14,551 bases of DNA from Candidatus Fraserbacteria bacterium (GTDB taxonomy: Bacteria; Bipolaricaulota; Bipolaricaulia; RBG-16-55-9), in the NCBI GenBank assembly GCA_037442925.1, contig JBBIPG010000059.1, positions 1 through 14,551 on the forward strand. Direction: 5' to 3'. The notes beneath the pieces are model-generated. The model made no database searches. It had not been told where the DNA came from and saw nothing but the letters and a program-made list of their open reading frames with translations. The position numbers and the translations under genes were made by a program. Positions 1 to 8,228 of the stretch are shown in pieces; position 1 is the stretch's first letter; every line of letters starts with the position of its first letter.

Positions 1-2
1 AG

Positions 3-614
3 CGGGTAGCCACGTGCTTGCGAGCACTCTTCTCTGGGGACGGCACCATCTATACGTCCGGTGAGGGCTTTCACTTAGAATACAGCACCATCTCGGAACG
101 ACTGGCCTATGATGTGCGCCATCTTCTCCTGCGGTTTGGCCTCTTTGCCCTGGTGCGAAGTAAGCCCACCTGGAATGGCAAGCGGGTGTATTGGCTGCAG
201 ATCACGGATCGGGATATGATCCGCCGCTTCGCTCAAGAGATCGGGTTTATCCCAGACAGCCGCAAGCAAAGGACGCTGGAGGAGATCCTTCCCAGGCTAG
301 GTGCTTCGCTGAAATCGAATTTTGACACGCTACCCCAAGAGACTTGGGGATGGTTGAGGGACCTTGTGCACGCATCGGGTCGCTCCCTGCAAGCTGTGGG
401 AATCCGCGGCACGAAACCAAGTCAATCGCTACCCTATGCCCTCGCCCGGCGAGCTGCTCAAGTAGTGGACCATCCAGACTTCTCCGCCGTGGTGGATGCC
501 GACGTGGTCTGGGATACTGTGGACTCAATAAGACCAGCAGGAGTGGAAAGAGTATATGATCTCACTGTGCCGGGGGTACACAACTTCCTGGCGAATGATT
601 TCATAGTTCACAAT
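3..614 (+). mobile_element. Intein with LAGLIDADG homing endonuclease in dcd (N-terminal part outside the window)
   Basis: Block E-like [10 protein letters not shown], block H-like [14 protein letters not shown], block [16 protein letters not shown], block G IVHN (CAC AAT 609-614), then +1 Ser (TCA 615-617). Confidence 0.93.
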
Positions 615-851
615 TCAACCTACGCCCGCTGTGGTATTATTGTGAACATAACGCCCGCCGAACCGGAATGGGAAGGACAGCTGGTCATCGAGATTTCGAA
701 CACGTCACCCTTGCCCGCAAAGATCTATGCCAAAGAGGGAATTGCACAGATGATCTTCCTCGAAGCAGAAGAAGTCTGCGAGACCTCGTACGCGGACAAG
801 AAGGGTAAGTACCAGAAACAAATCGGGATCGTCACCTCCAAAGTCAGCTGA
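3..851 (+). CDS. dcd: dCTP deaminase, 3' part, intein-containing precursor (5'-truncated by the window edge; C-extein 615-851)
   Basis: Frame is open from base 3 ([14 protein letters not shown]...), so the track start at 18 is internal. After the intein end (IVHN) it reads [48 protein letters not shown]...[12 protein letters not shown], the typical C-terminal half of the GKSTYARCG-type dCTP deaminase. Stop TGA 849-851. Confidence 0.93.
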   Translation, partial: RVATCLRALFSGDGTIYTSGEGFHLEYSTISERLAYDVRHLLLRFGLFALVRSKPTWNGKRVYWLQITDRDMIRRFAQEIGFIPDSRKQRTLEEILPRLGASLKSNFDTLPQETWGWLRDLVHASGRSLQAVGIRGTKPSQSLPYALARRAAQVVDHPDFSAVVDADVVWDTVDSIRPAGVERVYDLTVPGVHNFLANDFIVHNSTYARCGIIVNITPAEPEWEGQLVIEISNTSPLPAKIYAKEGIAQMIFLEAEEVCETSYADKKGKYQKQIGIVTSKVS

Positions 852-860
852 GCAGCTACC

Positions 861-889
861 TTGGCGCGTGAAAGACTCTTCAGTATAAT
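861..889 (+). promoter_or_regulatory. sigma70-type promoter for yajC-secD-secF
   Basis: TTGGCG (861-866), 17-nt spacer, perfect TATAAT (884-889), in the dcd-yajC gap; purine-rich GAGGGAGAGGGAGA ribosome-binding region precedes GTG 926. Confidence 0.7.
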
Positions 890-925
890 GGGCCATCGCT
901 GCCGTGAGGGAGAGGGAGAATCTCC

Positions 926-1192
926 GTGACAGATATCTTCACAACGCTGATTTTTTTGGCACTGATGGTGGCGGTCTTCTATTTCCTCTTGATCCGTCCC
1001 GAGCGTCGCCGGCGCCAACAGCATCAAGAGCTCGTCGAGAGCCTCAAGCGGGGGGATAAAGTGATCACGATGGGCGGCATCTGTGGCGTGATCAAGAAGG
1101 TAGACAAAGACAGAGTCTGGTTGGAGGTGGAGGAGAGCGTGACGCTCAAGCTCGTGAGGGATTCTGTAATAGAGAAAGAGAGAGCATCATGA
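926..1192 (+). CDS. yajC: Preprotein translocase subunit YajC
   Basis: 88 aa; N-terminal TM ending FYFLLIRPE, signature SLKRGDKVITMGGICG; directly upstream of secD with ATGA overlap. Confidence 0.96.
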   Translation: MTDIFTTLIFLALMVAVFYFLLIRPERRRRQQHQELVESLKRGDKVITMGGICGVIKKVDKDRVWLEVEESVTLKLVRDSVIEKERAS

Positions 1193-2559
1193 ACCCCGAT
1201 ATGACGCGCTGGATTCGTGCTGGTCTCATCTTGGCCGCTCTCTTGGGGTCGGTGCTCGTATTATCTTTGGAGAAGCCCATACTGGGACTGGATCTTCGAG
1301 GCGGCGTCATGCTGCTCCTCCAAGCAGATCCGCAAGAGTTTGGCAAGCTGTCTGCGGCAGATCGGGCCAAGGCCATCGATCAGATCGTTCAGACCGTGCG
1401 GTTTCGTGTGAACGCGAGTGGCTTGACTGAGGCAGCTGTGACGCAGGCCGGTGATGATCGCGTCTGGGTGGAGATCCCCTGTCCGGCGCAGCCGGCAGAA
1501 TGCACGGAACCCGAGCAGGTTCGCGATCTCATCGAGCGACGAGGTTTTTTAGAGTTCAAGAAAGTCCTAAGAGCCGGAACCAGTCCGGGCGAGGAGATCA
1601 CTCCCACGAGCACGTCCGAGGAAGTCGTCTACGATCGAAACGGTACGCCCTATCTTGTTCCTACCGAGCCCTTGCTGACGGGAGCAGCTATCTCTTCGGC
1701 GCGACCTCAACCCTCACCCCTGCGTGGTCCCTACGTCGTCATCTTGACCTTCACGGATGAGGGGGCAAAGCAATTTGCGCGGGTGTTGACCGATGGGACC
1801 CTCAAGGGGGGAGATCTATTGGCGATCATCCTCGATGGACGGGTGGAGAGCGCGCCGCGAATCACTGGCCCGGACGAACCCAACAGCATCATCATCGCCG
1901 CGCGCCAGGGCTGGCGCAACATTCAAGACGGTACGGAGATCTCCGGCCAGCCGAGCCTGGAAGAGGCTTCCAGTCTCTCGATCGTCCTTCGCTCGGGGAA
2001 CCTGCCGGTCCCGATTCGTGCGATCTTCCAAGATGAGATTGGGCCATCTCTGGGACAAGACTCGATCAATAAGGGTCTTTTCGCGACCGTGCTGGCGGGG
2101 ATCCTCGTACTGCTCTTTATGATCTTCTATTATCGCCTGACAGGGATCATCGCAAACCTGACGATCCTGCTGAATTTACTGATGCTGGTGGCCGCGATGA
2201 TGCTGCTCAAGGCCACGTGGACGCTTCCGGGCATTGCGGGACTCATCTTGACCATCGGTATGGGCGTGGATTCGAACGTCTTGATCTTCGAGAGGGTTCG
2301 CGAGGAGCTGCGATCGGGCAAGACCGTGAGAGCCGCCATCGATTTCGGCTATGAACGTGCGTTGCTCACGATCATCGACTCTCACGTGACGACACTCATT
2401 ACGGCTCTCATTCTCTTCACCTTCGGGACCGGACCGATCAAGGGGTTTGCGACCGTACTGAGCATGGGTCTTGTGATCAACTTGTTTACGGCGCTTATGG
2501 GCACCCGCTTGGCCTTTGAGATCATCAAGCAGCGAGAGCCAAGGAGACTCAGCATATGA
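1189..2559 (+). CDS. secD: Protein translocase subunit SecD
   Basis: 456 aa; LGLDLRGG, LRSGNLP, IGPSLGQDSI, TLPGIAGLILTIGMGVDSNVLIFER, TIIDSHVTT, GTGPIKGFA motifs. Confidence 0.97.
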   Translation: MNPDMTRWIRAGLILAALLGSVLVLSLEKPILGLDLRGGVMLLLQADPQEFGKLSAADRAKAIDQIVQTVRFRVNASGLTEAAVTQAGDDRVWVEIPCPAQPAECTEPEQVRDLIERRGFLEFKKVLRAGTSPGEEITPTSTSEEVVYDRNGTPYLVPTEPLLTGAAISSARPQPSPLRGPYVVILTFTDEGAKQFARVLTDGTLKGGDLLAIILDGRVESAPRITGPDEPNSIIIAARQGWRNIQDGTEISGQPSLEEASSLSIVLRSGNLPVPIRAIFQDEIGPSLGQDSINKGLFATVLAGILVLLFMIFYYRLTGIIANLTILLNLLMLVAAMMLLKATWTLPGIAGLILTIGMGVDSNVLIFERVREELRSGKTVRAAIDFGYERALLTIIDSHVTTLITALILFTFGTGPIKGFATVLSMGLVINLFTALMGTRLAFEIIKQREPRRLSI

Positions 2560-3590
2560 AACCCGCTACACAACAAGCTACGCCGCAGCAACCCCTTCGG
2601 ATGTTTCAGCTCTTGGCCGGAACGAATGTCGACTTTATGGGCAAGCGCGTCTGGGCGTTTCTCTTCTCCACCATTCTCGTCGCCCTGGGAATCTTGGCGG
2701 CCGTTCAGATCTTCATCACGGGCCAAGCCAACTTAGGCATCGAGTTCACGGGTGGAACTTCTGTCACGCTGGAGTTTAAAGAGACCGTCTCCTTGGAGGA
2801 GGCTCGGTCTCTGCTCGCGAGGAATGGCTTTGTGAATCCACAGATTACGGATTCCAGAGAGCCTGGAAAGCACAAGCTCATCGTGCGCGTGAAAGAGGGC
2901 ACGACCAGTGATGAGGCAGTCGTCGAGACCTCGGATCGAATTAAGCAGCTCTTTGCTGAAGCCTTCCCGGAGAATGAGATTCTTGGGACCAGTAGCACCT
3001 CCATCGGACCCGTGATCGGCCAGGAGCTGCGCCAGAAGGCCGTCTGGGCCATCCTCTATGCGCTTCTGGGCATCATCGTCTACATCGCGTTTCGCTTCGA
3101 CTGGAAGTTCGGAGTGGCCGCGACCATTGCGACCTTCCACGATGTGCTGGCCGTGCTAGGGATCGTCTGGCTCAAGAACTTCCTCTGGCCTACGGAGATC
3201 ACACTGCTCATCATGACGGCCATCCTCACCATCGCGGGGTATTCTCTCACGGACACCGTGGTGGTCTTCGACCGCATCCGCGAGAACTTGAGGAAGCGCC
3301 AGCGAGTGCCTCTGAGACAGCTCATCAATGACTCGGTCAACCAGGTGCTTAGCCGCACCATCATCACATCGCTCACGGTTCTGCTGGTGGTCGTAGCCAT
3401 CTTCTTCTTGGGGGGTGAGGTGCTCCGCGACTTTGCCTTCGCTCTCATCATCGGAGTCGTGGTGGGTACTTATTCATCAATCTTCATCGCCAGCGCTCTG
3501 CTGCTCCTCTGGCAGGGTGGGCGGGGGAAACTCCTGGCGCAAGCCGTGACGGACCGCAAGCCACGTGCCGAGTCCGTCAAGAGTCGGTAG
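2556..3590 (+). CDS. secF: Protein translocase subunit SecF
   Basis: 344 aa; LGIEFTGG, IGPVIGQEL, FHDV, GYSLTDTVVVFDRIREN, GTYSSIFIA motifs; ATGA overlap with secD stop. Confidence 0.97.
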   Translation: MKPATQQATPQQPLRMFQLLAGTNVDFMGKRVWAFLFSTILVALGILAAVQIFITGQANLGIEFTGGTSVTLEFKETVSLEEARSLLARNGFVNPQITDSREPGKHKLIVRVKEGTTSDEAVVETSDRIKQLFAEAFPENEILGTSSTSIGPVIGQELRQKAVWAILYALLGIIVYIAFRFDWKFGVAATIATFHDVLAVLGIVWLKNFLWPTEITLLIMTAILTIAGYSLTDTVVVFDRIRENLRKRQRVPLRQLINDSVNQVLSRTIITSLTVLLVVVAIFFLGGEVLRDFAFALIIGVVVGTYSSIFIASALLLLWQGGRGKLLAQAVTDRKPRAESVKSR

Positions 3591-4530
3591 CGGAAGCTGG
3601 AAATGCCCAGTCGATGGCGAGCGCCCACAGGGCCTCTGCCGGTTGGCGTTCCCCTCTCTTGACTTTCAAGTCTTCTTGGTGCAGATGGTGTATCCGTGCA
3701 ATGAGTTCGCTGGCGGTGAGGCGTTGGGCCGTTCGGCGACGTTTGGCCACCCGCCAGGGATAATCGCCCGTCCTCTCAGAAATCTCATCGTTGGAGTGTC
3801 CGGCGGCGCTCAGAGACTGAACCATCAAGATCGCGCGAACTTGAGAGACGAGCAGAAAGAAGACCTTGCTCGGTTCTTCGCCGCGGTCCAATAGCTCCTT
3901 GAGGAGTCTCAAGGCCTGGGGTTGGCGTTCCACCAACGCATCCAGACAGGCAAAGAGATCTCCACCTCGATCATGGAAGAGCACTTCCCCAAGATCCGCG
4001 AGCGACACTTCCCTGCCCTGTGCATAGAGTGCTAGTTTCTCGATCTCTTGGGCGATGCGAAATAGATCGTTCTCCACGCTCTCCAGAAAGTACTGCAGCC
4101 CCTGCGGGGCAAGTCTGACTCTTCGCTCCTGCAACAGCTCGTTTGTGAGCGAAGGGATGCGGCGACGGTCGGGGCGCGGATGATCGTGGATCTCGCCGTG
4201 TTCTAAGATGAGCTGGTAGAGCTTAGTCCGTTTGTCCAGTTTCTCCGCCTCCAGAATCACACATCGTTCCGCGGGCAACGGCCGCTCCAGGCGCTGGGCG
4301 AGTGCATCCGGGTTCGAGAGTTTTTCGAGTCTTTTAATGTGGAGGATCACACCTTCGCGGAAAAGAGGGGAGGTCTCCAGCGCTTCGACAAAACGCTCCC
4401 AAGGAAACTCCTCGCCATCCAACTGGGCCTCGATCCACGGGAGCGTGCTCTGGGTGCGCAGATCGCGCTTCAGTTGTGCGATGGTGCGCTGGCGTAGCCA
4501 CTCTTCGCCCGTGAAGAGGTGAAGATTCAT
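3577..4530 (-). CDS. holA: DNA polymerase III subunit delta (clamp loader)
   Basis: 317 aa; N-terminal LHLFTGEEWL, SPLF motif, KLDKRTKLY, QEIEKLALY, C-terminal DLKVKRG; size and motif order fit HolA. Confidence 0.88.
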   Translation of the reverse strand: MNLHLFTGEEWLRQRTIAQLKRDLRTQSTLPWIEAQLDGEEFPWERFVEALETSPLFREGVILHIKRLEKLSNPDALAQRLERPLPAERCVILEAEKLDKRTKLYQLILEHGEIHDHPRPDRRRIPSLTNELLQERRVRLAPQGLQYFLESVENDLFRIAQEIEKLALYAQGREVSLADLGEVLFHDRGGDLFACLDALVERQPQALRLLKELLDRGEEPSKVFFLLVSQVRAILMVQSLSAAGHSNDEISERTGDYPWRVAKRRRTAQRLTASELIARIHHLHQEDLKVKRGERQPAEALWALAIDWAFPASATDS

Positions 4531-4599
4531 GAGAGTTCCCCGAACTATTCTAGCGGGAGGATGTGGCGAGAACCACAGCGAATCGCTACAATGAGCAAG

Positions 4600-4667
4600 A
4601 AGGGGCCGGGTCCTCTACAACTGACTTACGAATTCCCCTCTCACCACCGTACATGACCCGGCCCCTT
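4600..4667. repeat. 13-bp perfect inverted repeat with 42-nt spacer (long hairpin; possible terminator or structured RNA element)
   Basis: AAGGGGCCGGGTC (4600-4612) and GACCCGGCCCCTT (4655-4667) are exact reverse complements; begins 3 nt past the stop of the 113-aa gene on the minus strand. Function is inferred. Confidence 0.75.
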
Positions 4668-4670
4668 TCG

Positions 4671-5012
4671 TTAAGCTCGTTTGCCATTGCTGAAGAGCGC
4701 GTTCAAAAAGTAGATGAGCCCCATCCCGATAGCTGTGCCCAACATGACCCCTTCGAGACGCTGCTGGCCAGCGAATCGTTGTTGGGTGTAGCCACAGTGG
4801 GGACAACGCAGATACTCGTTCTCTTTCTCGGTCTTGAACGGCTCCAATTTGGCCTTGCAGATTGGGCAACTCTGAGGCTCCAACACCTCTGTGGGAATCT
4901 TGCCGATGCCTTTCTTCATCAAGGCTAGCTCGACCTCTTTGGCGTTCTCGTAGACCCAAAGCGGCACCTTGATCGTCTTGTAGGCTTCTACGTCCTTCGC
5001 CAGCGCTTCCAT
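4671..5012 (-). CDS. Hypothetical protein with C4 zinc ribbon, possible ribbon-helix-helix-like N-terminus and hydrophobic C-terminal helix
   Basis: 113 aa; CPIC-x17-CPHC; N-terminal YKTIKVPLWVYENAKE; C-terminal VMLGTAIGMGLIYFLNALF; AGGA upstream of the ATG and a dedicated consensus promoter. Confidence 0.8.
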   Translation of the reverse strand: MEALAKDVEAYKTIKVPLWVYENAKEVELALMKKGIGKIPTEVLEPQSCPICKAKLEPFKTEKENEYLRCPHCGYTQQRFAGQQRLEGVMLGTAIGMGLIYFLNALFSNGKRA

Positions 5013-5038
5013 GTCATGTCCTGTTCTTCCTATTTCAA

Positions 5039-5060
5039 ATATGCGTAATATTACTCATAT
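5039..5060. promoter_or_regulatory. 22-bp near-perfect palindrome, candidate operator
   Basis: ATATGCGTAATATTACTCATAT; reverse complement ATATGAGTAATATTACGCATAT (10 of 11 pairs match); lies between the promoter and the start codon of the 113-aa gene. Confidence 0.6.
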
Positions 5061-5100
5061 ACATCTTTAGCAGCTTAGACTATCTACGCCTACAAATGGC

Positions 5101-5129
5101 ATTATACACTTTTTCTACCACGCTGTCAA
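5101..5129 (-). promoter_or_regulatory. Perfect-consensus sigma70 promoter for the 113-aa gene
   Basis: Minus strand TTGACA (5129-5124), 17-nt spacer, TATAAT (5106-5101), in an AT-rich intergenic gap. Confidence 0.85.
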
Positions 5130-5161
5130 GGGAGGAGTAAGAGCTGACAGACAAAAGGCAC

Positions 5162-6640
5162 TTACGAGTTCCCCTTAAGTTGCTGCAGAAAGCGTCGGAC
5201 CTGTCGATCGTAAGAGCTGAAGGGATCGTCGAAGACGAGAGCGCGCTTGGCACCCACCGTGATTCCATCCCACTCGATGAGATAGTCCTTCACGGGAAGA
5301 GACCGCAGAGCCTGGATGACGTGAGCGCGTGCATGTGCGCGGGTATTGGCCGGACCTTCATAGAGAGCGCCTTCCACCGCCTCGTCATCGATCAAGCGTT
5401 GGACTTCTCCCGTCTGTTCCAGGGCATAGTAGAGCCCCTGCTCCGGATTGATGTTGTGATATTCAAGATCCAGACTGTGTAGTGCGGGGTCGTCCCAGGG
5501 CAGCCCTTCGGCTTGGCGGTAGAGTTCGATCAGGCGATATTTTGCCACCCAATCCAGACGGTCGGCCAGCTTCATGGGGTCGCTTTCCAGTTCGTCGAGC
5601 ACCGACTCCCAGTTCTCAAGGAGTCGATCGGTCTCCTCATCGCGACCCCGGAAGCGCTGGGCACTCTCCAGATAGCGGCGCTGCAGATCCACCGCGCGAA
5701 TCGTGCGCCCGTCCTCCAGACGCGCCAGCCAGAGTCGGGTGGGGTCGCGCGAGATCTCCCGCAGGCTCCGTATGGGGTGAGCCAGCTCCAGGTCCCGCGG
5801 CACGGCTTGCTCCTCGATGGTGTCCAGCACGAGCGCAGTCGTACCCACTTTGAGGCACGTTGCGTACTCGGACATGTTGGATTCGCCAAACAAGACATGG
5901 AGACGCGGGGCATGGGAAGCGTCCTGAAAACTATCCCACTTGGGGTTGATCAACGCTCGACTGAAGCGAACGCGTCCCGAAGCTACATACAGTATGTGAT
6001 CGGCCCGCTGGGAGAGCTGGAAAGCGACACTGGTGTCCGGCTCCACACCGTAAATCTGGTCCAGAAATGCGTAATCCGCTCGGTGGCGGCTGAGATCGCG
6101 CACCATACGCCGAGGATCGCTGGTTAAGCGATGGCCGCCCACGCGGCCTGCCCCAGCGAAGATCTGGCGGGTCACGAGAAAGGGGATCAGCGGAGCCAGA
6201 TCCCGGCCATAGGGATGGGTGTGCGGGTCGAGCGAATAATTCTCATGGCAACCGAAGGTGTGGCCGCCGTAGTGGTCAATGTTGTTGTTGTGGAAGCTGG
6301 CGCGCTCGGTCCAACCCAACTCTTGGAGGAGCTGTACGAGCAAGCGTGGACCGGCTCTGTTGTAGGCAACGAGATCATGGAGGGAGCGACATTCGGGGGT
6401 GGCGTACTCGAGGTGGCCTCCCACAACGTCAATGTAAAGACGTCCACCGTTGATGAGGAATCCGCCTGCTTCGGCAGGCTCGAAGAAGGCGTCGCGTGCA
6501 TGACGGTCGATCAGTCCCCAGCGTCCGCCGCGAAATGCCTGATCCTTGACGCGCTCGACGATCTCCTCTGCTGTGCCCGCGGCCGGGTCGCGTGCGAGGC
6601 AGCCAAATTCCGTCTCAATACCGACGATTCGTCTCATCAC
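5162..6640 (-). CDS. pafA: PafA-family (Pup/UBact)-protein ligase
   Basis: 492 aa; RRIVGIETEFG, FLINGGRLYIDVVGGHLEYATPEC, FGCHENY, FLVTRQIFAGAG, SQRADH, RLHVLFGESNMSE, LDWVAK, DLEYH; lacks the Dop loop; last gene of the operon as in actinobacterial loci. Start is GTG 6640 or ATG 6637. Confidence 0.88.
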   Translation of the reverse strand: MMRRIVGIETEFGCLARDPAAGTAEEIVERVKDQAFRGGRWGLIDRHARDAFFEPAEAGGFLINGGRLYIDVVGGHLEYATPECRSLHDLVAYNRAGPRLLVQLLQELGWTERASFHNNNIDHYGGHTFGCHENYSLDPHTHPYGRDLAPLIPFLVTRQIFAGAGRVGGHRLTSDPRRMVRDLSRHRADYAFLDQIYGVEPDTSVAFQLSQRADHILYVASGRVRFSRALINPKWDSFQDASHAPRLHVLFGESNMSEYATCLKVGTTALVLDTIEEQAVPRDLELAHPIRSLREISRDPTRLWLARLEDGRTIRAVDLQRRYLESAQRFRGRDEETDRLLENWESVLDELESDPMKLADRLDWVAKYRLIELYRQAEGLPWDDPALHSLDLEYHNINPEQGLYYALEQTGEVQRLIDDEAVEGALYEGPANTRAHARAHVIQALRSLPVKDYLIEWDGITVGAKRALVFDDPFSSYDRQVRRFLQQLKGNS

Positions 6641-7446
6641 GGCAGAAAGCGTGCCAGCTCTTCGTCGCTCATCAACCGGAGTCTTCGCTCTCGCTTGGCG
6701 TCGCGCTCCAGCAAGGCGGCCTCAACTGCCCCTTCCTCAAGTTCTTTGCTCCAGATCTCTTGAGTCTCTCGCGGGGAAGGCAGCGCTTCCACACCCGACT
6801 CTGCTTTGCCTCTCTGACTCGGCTCGAGAATGCCTGCTTGGAGTGCCCAACTTCCGATGGCCCAGGCATCTATCGCCCTCTGCAAGGCCGCCTCCAGCGG
6901 GAGTGAGGAGGCATCTTTTGATTTGCGTTGGGGGGTTCGCTCGCTGAGTGTGTGCTTCATTCGTTGTTCCGCAAATTCCGTGCCGGCCGCGACTGCATGG
7001 TGGTGATGCAGCATGAATTCCCCATCGTAGTTGAGGGTGAAGAAGAGATCGTCCTCGGGGCGATCACCCACTTGTACAAAGAGCCCCTTAAGCACCAGAG
7101 GTGTGCGAAATGGGTCGGCGAAGGAACGCTTGAGCACCGGGCTGATCGCCAGCCCGACGACCCGCTGTATCGAGACGTCATCGGGGCTTCGCTGATAGCC
7201 TTCGGCATGGGCGAAATCCACGGCGAGCTGGCGAACCGTCTCGAGATCCGAAGGGTTCCCGAGCCCCGAGAAAGCCAGCCGATCATAGATCTCGAAGATC
7301 TTGCGCTGGGTACGCCGGGTGGTGAGCAGCAGGGCGCCGGTCTCGCAACTGAGTCCGACCACGGGGCTTCCTGCACGCAGGCGGTCTTCTACGTAATCGG
7401 CCTTCTGTCGTAATGTCTGTTGCCAATCGTAGGGTGTATAGGCCAT
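6637..7446 (-). CDS. prcA: 20S proteasome subunit alpha
   Basis: 269 aa; GSPVVGL, RKIFEIYDRLAFSGLG, GYQRSPDDVS, YDG, AAGT, VEAALLER, matching bacterial PrcA; follows prcB. Confidence 0.92.
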   Translation of the reverse strand: MAYTPYDWQQTLRQKADYVEDRLRAGSPVVGLSCETGALLLTTRRTQRKIFEIYDRLAFSGLGNPSDLETVRQLAVDFAHAEGYQRSPDDVSIQRVVGLAISPVLKRSFADPFRTPLVLKGLFVQVGDRPEDDLFFTLNYDGEFMLHHHHAVAAGTEFAEQRMKHTLSERTPQRKSKDASSLPLEAALQRAIDAWAIGSWALQAGILEPSQRGKAESGVEALPSPRETQEIWSKELEEGAVEAALLERDAKRERRLRLMSDEELARFLP

Positions 7447-7451
7447 AGGGA

Positions 7452-8228
7452 TTAGCTCTCAGAACGCAACTCGCGTTGGAGTTTTCGAAGCGTCTCTTCC
7501 GGTACATCGGCGATGCCCTGAGAAGTGATCGTCTTGGCGAGCGGCAGAACGCCTCCCAATCCCGCCGTAGCCGGGTCCAAGCTGGCAGCGATATCGAGCA
7601 AGAGCAGCGCTTCTCGTAAGACATCACTCAACGGCATCTCGTGCAAGGGTCCGCGCGTGCGGACGATATACTCAAATGCTCCACGAATCTTCTCGGCTCC
7701 GGAGCCGGCTGCCCCATACTCTCGACTCTCGAAACGAGCCCCGAGCACATCGTAAAAGAAGATCCGGCCCTGGTTCTTCGCGCGATCGTGGGCACTCACA
7801 ATGGGCAGAAAGCCTCCGATGCCCTGCAGCACGCTGGGAACACTCTGGGAGAGCACGCGCGACACTTCCGCGAGCTTGCCCTCGAGGCTCATGTCCTGCA
7901 ATTGACTGCGGGCGTAATACTTGAACGAGTGCCGTAGGAATCGGGCTGCTTCCGCGGCCGGTGCGTAAGAGCCTGCAATGGCAATCAGGGTGTATTCATC
8001 GAGCATGAGGATCTTCTCGGCCTCATCGTAGAGGATGCCGGTGGCAGCGGTGGCCCTGCGGTCAGCGACATTGAGGATCCCTTGATCGTACTTGAGGGCG
8101 ATCACCGTAGTACCATGAGCTGCCGAAAGTGTTTCCGCGGAGCCCGCTGGCACGTTGAACAGAGACACGCCCGCCTGTTGCAGTAAGCGAGAGAAATCCC
8201 CCTGGAACCGCTGTCGCTCCATGTTCAT
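7452..8228 (-). CDS. prcB: 20S proteasome subunit beta precursor (about 39-aa propeptide; Thr1 codon 8111-8109)
   Basis: 258 aa; HG|TTVIALKY autoprocessing site; counting from Thr1, Asp17 (ADRRAT) and Lys33 (EKI) are at canonical positions; AAGSG and DPATAG motifs. Confidence 0.95.
   Translation of the reverse strand: MNMERQRFQGDFSRLLQQAGVSLFNVPAGSAETLSAAHGTTVIALKYDQGILNVADRRATAATGILYDEAEKILMLDEYTLIAIAGSYAPAAEAARFLRHSFKYYARSQLQDMSLEGKLAEVSRVLSQSVPSVLQGIGGFLPIVSAHDRAKNQGRIFFYDVLGARFESREYGAAGSGAEKIRGAFEYIVRTRGPLHEMPLSDVLREALLLLDIAASLDPATAGLGGVLPLAKTITSQGIADVPEETLRKLQRELRSES

Noticed and set aside
4563..4959. Alternative ORFs 4615-4959 (-) and 4563-4928 (+)
   Set aside because: Both overlap the 113-aa gene, which has an RBS, a promoter and a coherent C4 motif; they have no recognisable motifs.
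5180..7413. Long plus-strand ORFs (5513-6127, 6131-6763, 6928-7413 and others)
   Set aside because: Antisense shadows of pafA and prcA, expected in GC-rich coding DNA.
7423..7446. YD in the PrcA N-terminus as an archaeal/eukaryotic YDR gate motif
   Set aside because: The accompanying FSPxG reverse-turn motif is absent, so this is probably coincidental.
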